Assembly (NCBI RefSeq): GCF_000327385.1
Contig: NW_008708401.1
Span: 437,969-501,968 of the forward strand
From: Lottia gigantea
Taxonomy: Eukaryota
Direction: 5' to 3'
DNA: 64,000 nucleotides
Below, piece after piece: positions 1 to 10,362 of this stretch (position 1 is its first letter; the number at the start of each line of letters is the position of its first letter). The translations under genes and the position numbers were made by a program. Below the pieces are notes generated by a model. That model was not told the DNA's origin and did no database searches. It saw nothing but the letters and a program-made list of their open reading frames with translations.

Positions 1-1848
1 GAAATTCATACTACTATACAGTTAGCTAACGTAACGATTCCCCGATTCAAAGCACTCTATGAGTCTTCAGAGCAAGCGAGCTCTCCATCGTCCGCTTCCT
101 TCAATGGGAGTACAGGAAAATCGGAAATCAGTTTCAGTCAACGCTCTTCTGAACCTCGAATATTAACACCGGATCGTTTAAGGATGCAAGAAGTGTTGAA
201 ATCGCCATCAAATACAAATAGTGAAGATCCAAACACCGAATCTGCTGGCCAGGATCCACTATTAACGCATGTCCCAGAAGCTTCTGATTCCCCATTTACA
301 CAGCGACAGAGATCACCCAGCAGAGCTTGTCCAGAAGTTTCACAATCCTGTCAACCAGCATTATCCAGAACAGCAGCACAGAGTAAACTTCAAAGAACTT
401 ACCCAAGCTTCACTCACAAAACAATCGTGGCTAATTCCCAAAGACGTAGCTGTGCAACCCCTGTACCATGGCTTACAGCAGAAGAAAATGAAAATTTAAG
501 AAAATCCAAAAACATAAACCAATGGAGTACTACTTTGGTACCATGGATCACCAATGTTCAAACTTCCGAGGGGGGACGAGAAACAGTCTCCCAATACCAT
601 GGTCGTTTCCAGTTGAAAGAACGTCAATACTCTCCAGAAAAATCTACTGAAAGTTTTGTAAGTATTGCAGATGAATTTGAAAATCGCCGTAGTTGCCTTG
701 GACCATTTCGCGTGTCCGAAAGAGGCGAATCATCTGACATGCACTCAGAAGAGCATCAACTTGCAAAGCAACAAACAACAAGAAGCGAAGATTCCAACTT
801 AGAAATATCATCCTTATATGATAAATCTGGGAGTCCGAAGCAATACACAGAGCTCACAAACGTCTCAAGATATAGAGCGTCCAGCGAAATCAGCGGGGCA
901 ATTGAAACGACCAATTTTACAGAGTTTGAATATCTTCAAGCAAACAAGACGTCTTCCACTGAATTATTTCATGGTTGCCCCGTTTCAAGGAACTACATGA
1001 TTGCTTTTGATGAGAATCTTCAAATGGCTGCAACTGTTTGGTCGGGTGGAATGGAGGAGGCGGATACTGAAGAACAGTCTGAAAGTGAGTTCATGTCCGA
1101 TGTAGAACCACAGTCAAGCTTTTCGCTTGAAGACGCACAGTCTTCTGGATCATTTAGCAGTGAAGTTAGTTCAGATGAGCCACATCGACCATCTTTTAAC
1201 CACAGTTATAACAGCGATGAACAACCGGCTGTAACCCGTCCAAGCCCTGCCAATATCCACCGTGATCGCGTTGGTACATCTTCAAGTGGTTACGAGCCAT
1301 TTCACATTTTCATGTCAGATGTAGAACCGCGATTAAGTTATTCACACAGCTCACAAGACACACATTCTTGTGGATCATTTAGCAGTGAGAATAGTTCAGG
1401 TGGGCCACATCGACCGTCTTGTTACAGCAATGAAGATAGCAATGAACAAACGGCTCTGTCGATCCAATGCTCATCCAACATATTAAGTGATCCGATTAGT
1501 AAATCTTTAAGTGGTTGCACCCCCTTTCACATTTACATTGGGCAAACAGCATTAATTCAAGCTCGGCCCATTACTCAATCTGCTGGGCAGAATTCCAAAT
1601 TAGCCCCGGTGGTAAATTCAAAAGATTACTTAGACAAGAATATATGTTGCTATTCTTATGGAGATGAACGAACCAAGATGGTACCGAAAGTTCCCCAACC
1701 AGTAAGAGCAGATAACCGATCACTGTACAACGTACAGAGCCCACCAGAGAGGAGAAATAACAGACTTTCGAAACATAAAACAAATCAAGTCTATCCAGGC
1801 TCAGCCAAATTATTACAAATCTGTAAGAAAGTAAAGAAAAGTAAATAA
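1..1848 (+). CDS. 3' terminal coding exon of a Ser-rich, acidic low-complexity protein. The 5' end is cut by the window edge. Stop is TAA at 1846-1848.
   Basis: The reading frame of ORF 184-1848 stays open back to nt 1, with no in-frame stop in 1-183, so the exon starts upstream of the window. Composition is Ser/Glu/Asp/Thr-rich. AATAAA at 1844-1849 overlaps the stop. No recognisable catalytic domain. Confidence 0.55.
   Translation, partial: EIHTTIQLANVTIPRFKALYESSEQASSPSSASFNGSTGKSEISFSQRSSEPRILTPDRLRMQEVLKSPSNTNSEDPNTESAGQDPLLTHVPEASDSPFTQRQRSPSRACPEVSQSCQPALSRTAAQSKLQRTYPSFTHKTIVANSQRRSCATPVPWLTAEENENLRKSKNINQWSTTLVPWITNVQTSEGGRETVSQYHGRFQLKERQYSPEKSTESFVSIADEFENRRSCLGPFRVSERGESSDMHSEEHQLAKQQTTRSEDSNLEISSLYDKSGSPKQYTELTNVSRYRASSEISGAIETTNFTEFEYLQANKTSSTELFHGCPVSRNYMIAFDENLQMAATVWSGGMEEADTEEQSESEFMSDVEPQSSFSLEDAQSSGSFSSEVSSDEPHRPSFNHSYNSDEQPAVTRPSPANIHRDRVGTSSSGYEPFHIFMSDVEPRLSYSHSSQDTHSCGSFSSENSSGGPHRPSCYSNEDSNEQTALSIQCSSNILSDPISKSLSGCTPFHIYIGQTALIQARPITQSAGQNSKLAPVVNSKDYLDKNICCYSYGDERTKMVPKVPQPVRADNRSLYNVQSPPERRNNRLSKHKTNQVYPGSAKLLQICKKVKKSK
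1084..1545 (+). repeat. In-frame tandem duplication of two roughly 228-bp (76-aa) units inside the Ser-rich CDS.
   Basis: Protein segments FMSDVEPQSSFSLEDAQSSGSFSSEVSSDEPHRPSF...GYEPFHIF and MSDVEPRLSYSHSSQDTHSCGSFSSENSSGGPHRPSC...GCTPFHIY are collinear, with shared anchors MSDVEP, GSFSSE, PHRPS and PFHI. Confidence 0.6.
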
Positions 1849-1849
1849 A
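1844..1849 (+). other. AATAAA polyadenylation signal overlapping the stop of the Ser-rich gene.
   Basis: Canonical hexamer aataaa spanning 1844-1849. Confidence 0.4.
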
Positions 1850-2741
1850 GAATATTGTTATATTGAAAGTATGTCCTGTTATTTCAAATAGGACAAATCC
1901 TATGCAAATATTACCTATTGCACATATGGTGTACTAATCAGTTTGATATTTCCGTTGACAATCGTAGCAGTCTAGAAAAACAGATATTAATATTTCAAAT
2001 TTTATTGGGCCCCATCCCCTCTAAGAATTCATTATCATTTCAGGGAAAGAACCCTTCTCACAAACCCCTTTGCCTTCCCCCTTTTACAATTCTATGGCCC
2101 CTACTCATCCCCACCCAATGAAGCGCCCCTGCCTCTCATAAACTCTCTTATCCACTGTCTCATAATTCATGGGTCATATTTTCTAACCATATCACAGTAT
2201 GACTATTTAAGAGATCTGGGTGAATTTTTAAGAAAATGTAAAATATTATTTCGGTTTTCCAGTTTCAGGAAACTCTCAAGTTTAACTATCTTTGCGTCCA
2301 CTAGGTTATTTCCCTCTTTATATATTTATAAATATAACCTTTGAAAATTAGGATAGGTACGGCTTCAGCCCCACCAGGCCCGTTGCCAGATTGTTCGGAG
2401 GGCCAGGTAATAATATATTCGGAGGGGCAATGGTGTATAGTGTTAAGGTGAAGTAATGAGATGCGTTGGTTAGCAAAATTTTTTTCAGGGGCGCAATTCA
2501 TTCATTTTTTCGGCATTACTCCCCCCCTCTTTTCCCCTGTAACTACTGGCCTTTGCCCCACAATTTAAACACTATGACATTGGAGAACACTGACATAGAA
2601 TAATGAGTCACTAGTTACAGTCATCAAGATAGAATTTATCAACCAACTGCTGAATAAATAATCTCTTTAATAAATTAATTTCTTTATTGAATATAATTAT
2701 AATAGAGGATTGTTAAAACCATATTATTTAATTACAACTGG

Positions 2742-2749
2742 GCTATAAA
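2742..2749 (+). promoter_or_regulatory. Candidate TATA box (tataaata) about 140 bp upstream of the proposed start codon of the VWA gene.
   Basis: TATAAATA motif located upstream of the ATG at 2886 that opens a signal-peptide exon. Position is the only evidence. Confidence 0.25.
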
Positions 2750-2885
2750 TACCTCTAGTTCTAAAATTATTTCAAACGGGAATTCTTAGTTCACTTGAGA
2801 ATTCTAGCCTTGACCAAATCTATACTGGAAAGAGTTTTTATAACTTCATATTTTGGTGGTTGGATCTCTATTATCTCATATCATC

Positions 2886-5800
2886 ATGTTTTATCAAATT
2901 TTGTTTCTTTTGGTTTCCTTAGCAACGTTTCAGGTAAGAGTTTATTTTATGCTCAAGCTTAATTTCTACCGTGAAAGTTCTTTCAGCATTCTGCGGAAAC
3001 TAATTTTATCATTTCGATAACAGTTGCAGAAATTTTCAGCGTTCAGAATATTTGTGCCCCTCTCCGACTTCACAATCTTTTACGTGTCGCAATTAAACTA
3101 TTTGATTGAAGAATGTCGTATTGAAAGATATTGATATTGGTCAAAAGTTTATTAGCTAATCGTAGTTATCATAATAATTTAAGTTGTGTTGTTTCTAATC
3201 GCAAGCACCCAATCTTGTATTTGAACGAATAATGAATCAGAGTTTTGTGGTCGGCATCCTCGCATGCAATTTCTATCAACATAATATATGTCTTTCAACG
3301 AATATTGCAACAGATTTGTGGTAGGCACCATGCGTAAAAATAGAGAAAATACAGGAAGTAAGTAGATATGATACTATTTGTTTTTTTCTTTCAGACCTTT
3401 CACGTGTCAGGTAAGTCACATATATATATATCAAATTTATTGGCATATTAACAATCTAGAATTATTAACAGAGTGTCATTATAGGCCTATGATCAATTTT
3501 CAACTCAAATGTACTCTACTTAAGCAAACTTGTAAAATATGATATTAATACAGATGTTTCTTGTGTTTAAGATACACAAACTCGGACATACTGTGTTTAA
3601 ATCCTACGATTGCATGACGACCCTAAAAGACGATGGTCATATTGTTGGTGGCTTAAGATGCCTACTGCTGCACCATACGTCTGTATACCCATGTACCTTA
3701 AAAAAAACTTGATAGAAATACTTGATATACGATGTATCAATTCTAATCTACGATATCTACGTTATTTACGATATTGGTATCTAAGCGGCTAAATGAAGGG
3801 CGTACACTGATGATCATATTGTAAGTCGCTAGAGATACCAACAGCCACACCAAACGTCTATATATCCCTGCACACATTAAATTTTGCTTTTCAGGAGCTC
3901 AAGTATGTGGTCGATCTGCAGATGTAGCTTTTGTCATTGATGCTTCCAGAAGTATCTACCCCCCGCACTTTAAAGATCAGTTAAATTTCATCAAGGACAT
4001 GGCTGATTCGTTCAATATTGGACCAGATCAAACCCAAATTGCAGCTGTAACATTCTCAGAAGGCTACCAAGAAGAATTTTTATTTAACACTTATAGCGAG
4101 AAGCCCTCAGTCATTCAGGCCATTAAGAACATAACATTCGCAATGGGAGGACGAACAGATACTGGAGAAGGTATCAAATTCGCCAGGAATGAAATCTTCG
4201 CGGCTAGGAACGGGGCTAGAGCCAATGTTCCACATATTATGATAGTCATCACTGACGGTAGATCTACGTATGGTGGGCTGACAGCCAGCGAAGCAGCTAA
4301 AGCTAGAAACGACGGAATCCTTATATTTGCCATTGGTGTTGGAGCAGCTGATGAGAATGAGCTGAACAACATCGCGTCCAAACCATCATCTGAATATGTC
4401 ACCAAAGTCACTGATTATACTAAATTGACTGGAATTCGAGAGAAGCTTGCTCTTCAAGCTTGTGAAGGTAGGTTGACGACTAACGGTTTCAGACATAAAC
4501 AGCACGTGAAGAAATAATTGAGACAATGAGGAGCTGCAGCTGAGGTAAAGCCAAGTAAACCATTCAAAACACTATTTTTGTCTTTCTATCTTTTATGCTT
4601 CACCTTTTAGCTTGATTTACGATGGATAGTTTAATTTGTTTGTGGTTCACTGCAATTCACTTCTGGTTGTGGAGCTCAGATCTTTTGGCGATGGACTTTT
4701 CTCAATTATATGTTCATATAAGTATTTGGTGTCAGGGTCTTGAGTTAAAAATACCCCATCCCCCATCCATGTTACCCACAATTCTTTTGTAAAGGATCTT
4801 TTGTTAGTTTATATGCTTTTTGTGGTAAAGGTTCTCTCTACTTCTTCATTTTGTATCACCTACTGTAGCTTTAACAACGACCCCTCTACCCACAACTACT
4901 ACAACTACCACCCCCGCACCGACTACTACCCCGGAGCCAGCCACAACAACAGAAGGTAAGGTTGGTTCTTCCAGTTCCTCGGTAACTATACATGGATATG
5001 ACTAGTTTATGACACTTGGCATCATACACGTAGAGGGACCTCACACGATAGCGATTACCAGATTCATAGGATTGCGAATTAGAATAGCGGTCATTAGTTT
5101 CGAACGCAACTCTCATTCAACTGATTTGTGAGTTGCGCTCGGAACTCATGACCTTTTTCATTATTCACAACCATACGCACCTGGTAATCGGTATGATGTG
5201 GAGGCACCTTTAGTTATCTATAATACAATGATGCAAAAGAAAGGGAATGGCCTTATGACACATAAAATTTTCTTGATGGTTTGGCGTGGGCCAACAAACG
5301 GAAATTATCTCCAAATTGTAAACAAAAGAGTTATATCAACTCCATATGTTGTAGACTCACTTCCATTTCTATTTCAGAAAAAATGCAGGGAGATCGACCC
5401 GATAAGGGTAAGTCATTATGTTCATCCTATTGTCTGGTCATTGAAATGATGGAATCGACGCCAGAGATGCCAAACAATAGTCACCCATCTTTCAGGGTAA
5501 AATCTACCCAATATTTGGCTTGCAGGCATTGAATATTCTTCTTAAAGGGATGGTGCGGCATTCTTTTTGACCAATCATACTTTACTCCCAGAAACGGGAA
5601 TATTTTAGCTAAGCCAATCAGTAATAGTGTTCACAGCTCACCGTCAGAATTTGAGCCTTCAAATCATGTGTGGCCAGAATTATCCGCGTTTGAATGTTGA
5701 AATGAAATAATAATGCTTCTGATTTTGTACAATATTTCTTTCATGTAGAATGTATTACTGGTAAAGATTCAGATGTTATTTTTGTGCTGGATGAATCCAG

Positions 5801-8207
5801 TAGTATTGATAACCGAGACTTTAAGAAGCAGTTGAAATTCGTCCAAGATGTCATCAAAATGTTTGATATTGGACCCAAAAAGACACAAATCGGTGTGGTA
5901 ACATTCAGCGATCTCCCCACCGTCGAGTTCTATCTTAATACTTATAAAAAGAAGAAGGATGTCTTGAAAGCAGTTGGCAGGGTCGTATATTCCGGTGGCA
6001 ACACATACACCAATCTGGCTCTAGAAACCGTCCGAGATAAACTACTGTCGCCACAAGCAGGTGCCCGTCCAGGTGTAGCTAAAATCATTGTAGTCATCAC
6101 CGATGGTGTGTCACGAATGCCTAAAAATACTGCAATGGTAGCTGAAGAAATCAAGAAACGTGGAGTTTATATGTTTGCTATTGGTAAGTGTTGTCTAGCG
6201 GCGAATGCACTGTTACACAGGCCTCGCGAAAATCAGTTTTATTTTCCAGCTAGATTAATGTTCTGCACTATAGTTTATTATAATGATTATAATTCTGATT
6301 CCCTAGTAATGTTAAAAAACAAATGATGAGGCATTTCGTTGAGTCTTGTTTCCATCGCACTAACATCTAAACGACTTAAGGGAGATCACTCGATTAATAA
6401 TCGTCGAATTTCTATCTTTATAGGTGTCGGTAAAGAATTCGACCAAGATGCCGAAGAACTTATTAACCTCGCCTCCTCTCCTAGTGAGAGTTTTGTTCAG
6501 ACTGTTAATGGTTATAATGCCTTGGGAACAATTAAGAATTTATTATCCATCAAAAAATGTAAAAGTAAGTATCATTATCAAGCAATTTCGTTGACAGAAA
6601 GTGGCTTAGAGTTTGATGGCTACGGAGATGTTGTGTTACGATTCGTTCAGATGTGTAATATAAATGGGTAATTATATATAAGGATATCTTGTAACTTTGG
6701 GTCATAGCTTAAATTAGCATTCTTACTGATTGTCGCGTTTCTAAGGCCTACTAAGTCGACTCAGGGCACAAAATTCTTGTACGTACCTGTAATTAGTAAG
6801 TGGAAATAGAAAATAGGAATTTTGCAAGTCACATGCCGAAGCAATTTTCTAATCGTCTTGACCAATTATATTGAATTATTCTCTATTATTCGACACTGTT
6901 AAAATAAGCCTGTAATTTAACATTAGAATTGTCTGACAACCATGTTGCCAGATAGTCTCCAAATTAGTTAATATTTTTAGAATTCCATATTATACTTCTA
7001 CGAATATAACGAAATATTTTTGTATTTTGTAGCTGGTGGTGGTGGAGGTGGAGGACAGGGTGATATTCACAGTAAGTATATTTTTACTCCGCATTTTTGA
7101 CAATCTTCTGAGGATGGGCTGTAACACAGTCGGTTAGAGTGTTGGAATCACAGGTCACAGGTTCTAATCTTGGTGAAAATTTAGTGAGCTTCCTTCATTG
7201 TTCCAGTAGACCCAGCTGTAAATGGGCGCAGATAATCTGGGAAAGATCAATGTTAAGAGGAAATTTTCCTCGTATCCTTGATTATTTTTTCCTTTTTTTC
7301 TTCCGTTTTTTCTTTCCCTATAATTTCTCACATGGATAAAACACTATTTATGATTTTAATTTTACTTTCATTTTATTATTTCAGCATCTTGTGGAAGTAG
7401 GTCACCAGCAGATGTCATGTTCGTTACTGATTTCAGTCAAGCTTCATCTCCAGGCGTTGCAAAATCTTTGAGAGTCATTGGAAATATTGCCAAAGGTTTG
7501 GATGTCGGGAGAGATAAGGTCCATGTTGGTTTGGTATCAAGTGACTGTCCCGAGGTCGGCGACGTTAACCCACTTCAATATTACGATGGCACCGGCTTCG
7601 CCATGGCTCTTACATCTAAAGAATCAGAGACACGGGTTTCCAAATTACTGTTCAGAGCAAGAGACGAATACTTAACTAGTAAATACGGTAGGAAGAATGC
7701 TAAACGAGTTATCGTTCTTTACACCAATGGACCAATTTCAGATTTTAGAGAAACGGCAAGGGAGATAATGCGAGCTGAACATCGTATCAATGATGTGAGA
7801 GTAATAGTGGTATCTGGTAGTCCAGCAGGTGATAAAGATGCTGCTAGACTACCATCTAGAATGAAGATTCTGTCCAAAGATCTTGGCAATGGACAATCAC
7901 TATTAAACCTAGTTTGTCAAGGTGAGTGTGCCAAGTTTTATGTTCTATATCTTCAACTACAAAAGAGAGAATCGTTGCGCTGCAACACATATGTTAAATC
8001 ATTTTGTTAGGATAATTTCATACACTTTTAGTAGAGAACATGATATTAAACCTCACTTACCCCAATAGAAAACTCGATTCTTGAATAACGACATACAACA
8101 GTCTTTATGTCGCCCACAATATTTAAGTTTAAGAAAATTCTGAATTAAAAAGTGTTTTTTTTAATAATATAAATGTTCTGTTCTCCGTTTCAGCTATCAG
8201 AGTTTAG
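2886..8207 (+). CDS. Secreted multi-VWA-domain protein, about 629 aa. Nine proposed exons: 2886-2933 (signal peptide MFYQILFLLVSLATFQ), 3395-3410 (16-nt micro-exon), 3895-4467 (VWA 1), 4869-4955 (Thr/Pro-rich linker), 5749-6183 plus 6424-6564 (VWA 2), 7033-7071 (poly-Gly micro-exon), 7385-7921 (divergent VWA 3), 8194-8207 (AIRV then stop).
   Basis: VWA hallmarks are read directly: DVAFVIDASRSI...ITDGRS...FAIGVG in exon 3 and DVIFVLDESSSI...VITDGVS...FAIGVG in exons 5-6. The third domain has a degenerate MIDAS (DFSQAS). All junctions are GT-AG. Every internal exon is phase 1-1 and the CDS totals 1890 nt, divisible by 3. AATAAA lies downstream near 8588. The 5' micro-exons and the tiny terminal exon are the least certain parts. 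Confidence 0.6.
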
Positions 8208-10310
8208 AAGAAAACATCCAAGAAAATCTACAATGTCGGCATTTTAAAGATCTCTCCTTCAGCAACACAAATACAGAGGAAATCTAGATTAGCAATGCAT
8301 TTATGGCAAAACAAACATCAGTCGCAGAAAATTGGCGAAATATAGATTCGAATCTAAGGGAAATCTACATAAACAGCATAATCTGCAACTTGGGGACATT
8401 TTTTCCATCATATTTATTGTAAAAGTTAAACAACTTTATAGATTTATGCCTCGTTTTCTCTTTTCCATGGACATATTTCATATGATATTAATGACGTTAT
8501 AAACTGTAATTGTATGAGGTATACAGAAGTAGAAGCCTGAGATAACTTATTTGTAAAGCCAAATCTTCTTCACTTATTTATTTTCTAATAAAGATTCTAG
8601 ATTTATGTTTTGTAAACTATTGTAGATATAATTTATTTTATTTATTTATTGTAAATATTTCTATCTTTGTGTAATAAAATTGTTGGATTTAGTTTTTATA
8701 TTTATAAACTGTGCTATCCCAGGGAAATGGTGAGGCTGACATGGAACACGCGTCTAGTCGTTCAGGTGAGACAATTGCCTGGAGATCCGACTCCAGGTGT
8801 TACAGACTAAAGATTCTTGACAGCCGGAGACTTTCTACTGGTACAGAAAAATAGGACATAAACTCCCGTTTATTAGAGAACGTTCTATCATAAAAAAAAT
8901 ATCCGCGAATTCGCTGGGCAATTAATGTGATAAGCAAGCCCATTGAGATTTGCGCAGACAAAACTAAGGTTTGGGTTCCATACGAAGATAAGGACAAGTG
9001 AATTAAGCACAATTATGTAGGTATCTTTGAGGCTATTTGAAAAACAGCTAAAATTATCATGATCATTCGGGTCCCGCATGACCTTTGTACCGGCCGAAGT
9101 ATTTTCTCAAGATTGTTTTGTTTACATTCTTAAAACAATAATATAGCAAAACCGTAAACAAAGTAGTGACCTTCATTAGACCAAAATGGGCGAAAATTAG
9201 CATTAACCCATTCTTATCAGATTCAAATTGGTTAAAGTGATAGATCAACATCATACACTGTGACAAAACTTTTCTATTTTTCACTATAGATATATGAAAT
9301 AAATTCTATGACGTTTTTCAGTCTACCCTTTGTCTACTTATGTTCTATTTCTACGTAATCATTAGACATGATTAAACAATACCGACCAGATAAAGGTATT
9401 TATGATGGAACAGCGTTTCTATTGTTGACTTTGCGAGAAAATTGACAACAGAACCCTGGTAGAACAGGGAACGAAAATCTACAATGGTAGACATTTTGGA
9501 AAATTTACATTGGTAGAACTTTAGAAAAGCTTTAGGAAAATCTACATTTGGAGAAGTTTAGGAAAATCCCACATAGATATAACATTAAGAAACCTTTAAG
9601 GAAATCTACATTGGTTGGTAGAACTGCAGAATTTCAACGGGAGTCTATTCATATTCAGTCTACTTTGTTCTATTTTTTTTTTAAATATAAAACAATAATT
9701 CTACATATAATTGAGAAAGGTCAGCTCGTTAGGTTAATAATTAGATGGCTTCTACCCTTTAATGCCTCGTGTGAAAACCTGTCAAAAATAATATCTACCC
9801 CAAAGGCATCATTTAATAGAAAGTCAAATGGTGATTTTACTTGTGTAAATTTATTAATTTTCCTAAATTTAAATCATGATTGGCGACCAGGTAGGCTATA
9901 AGATGACGTCAGTTGATTGATGGGTTTTAGATTCGAATGCGAGTATAAATTAACTGGTACAAAGAAAAAAAGCATTGACTCCAAAAACAAGGTAAGATCA
10001 ACATCTTCATATATTCATGCATTTTTATCTCATACTGCATCTCATCAAGCAATTTATCTATAGTAGGCTACAATTTCTATCAGAAGTTCGATTTTGTTTG
10101 ATGTCACGACTGACGACAGTAGTTTTTTGAAACAGAATGCATCGACATTCTGGTTGTTCTGACTGCATTTTTTTTAGCTATTCAGTGCTCATGCATCATC
10201 CAAGATAGTTTCCAGTCAACGAATTCCTCGAAGGATGTAAATGTTAAATAGTCCAGATCGATTTCTTACTTTTTAAATCTCGATCTTTTCTAAATATAAT
10301 CGCTTTTAGA

Positions 10311-10360
10311 TTAATTCTATTCTATTCTATTCTATTCTATTCTATTCTATTCTATTCTAC
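10311..10360 (+). repeat. (ATTCT)10 pentanucleotide microsatellite immediately upstream of the signal-peptide exon of the Met-rich gene.
   Basis: Ten perfect attct units, read directly from the sequence. Confidence 0.9.
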
Positions 10361-10362
10361 AG

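Noticed and set aside
3625-3880. Two similar roughly 60-bp segments (3625-3700 and 3808-3880) in the VWA gene intron that might be regulatory elements.
   Set aside because: They look like a simple local intronic duplication, the second of which supplies the acceptor of exon 3. There is no evidence of function.
4115-6154. Minus-strand ORFs 4115-4411 and 5942-6154 antisense to the VWA exons.
   Set aside because: They overlap confidently assigned VWA-domain coding sequence on the + strand. The products are hydrophobic junk typical of antisense frames.
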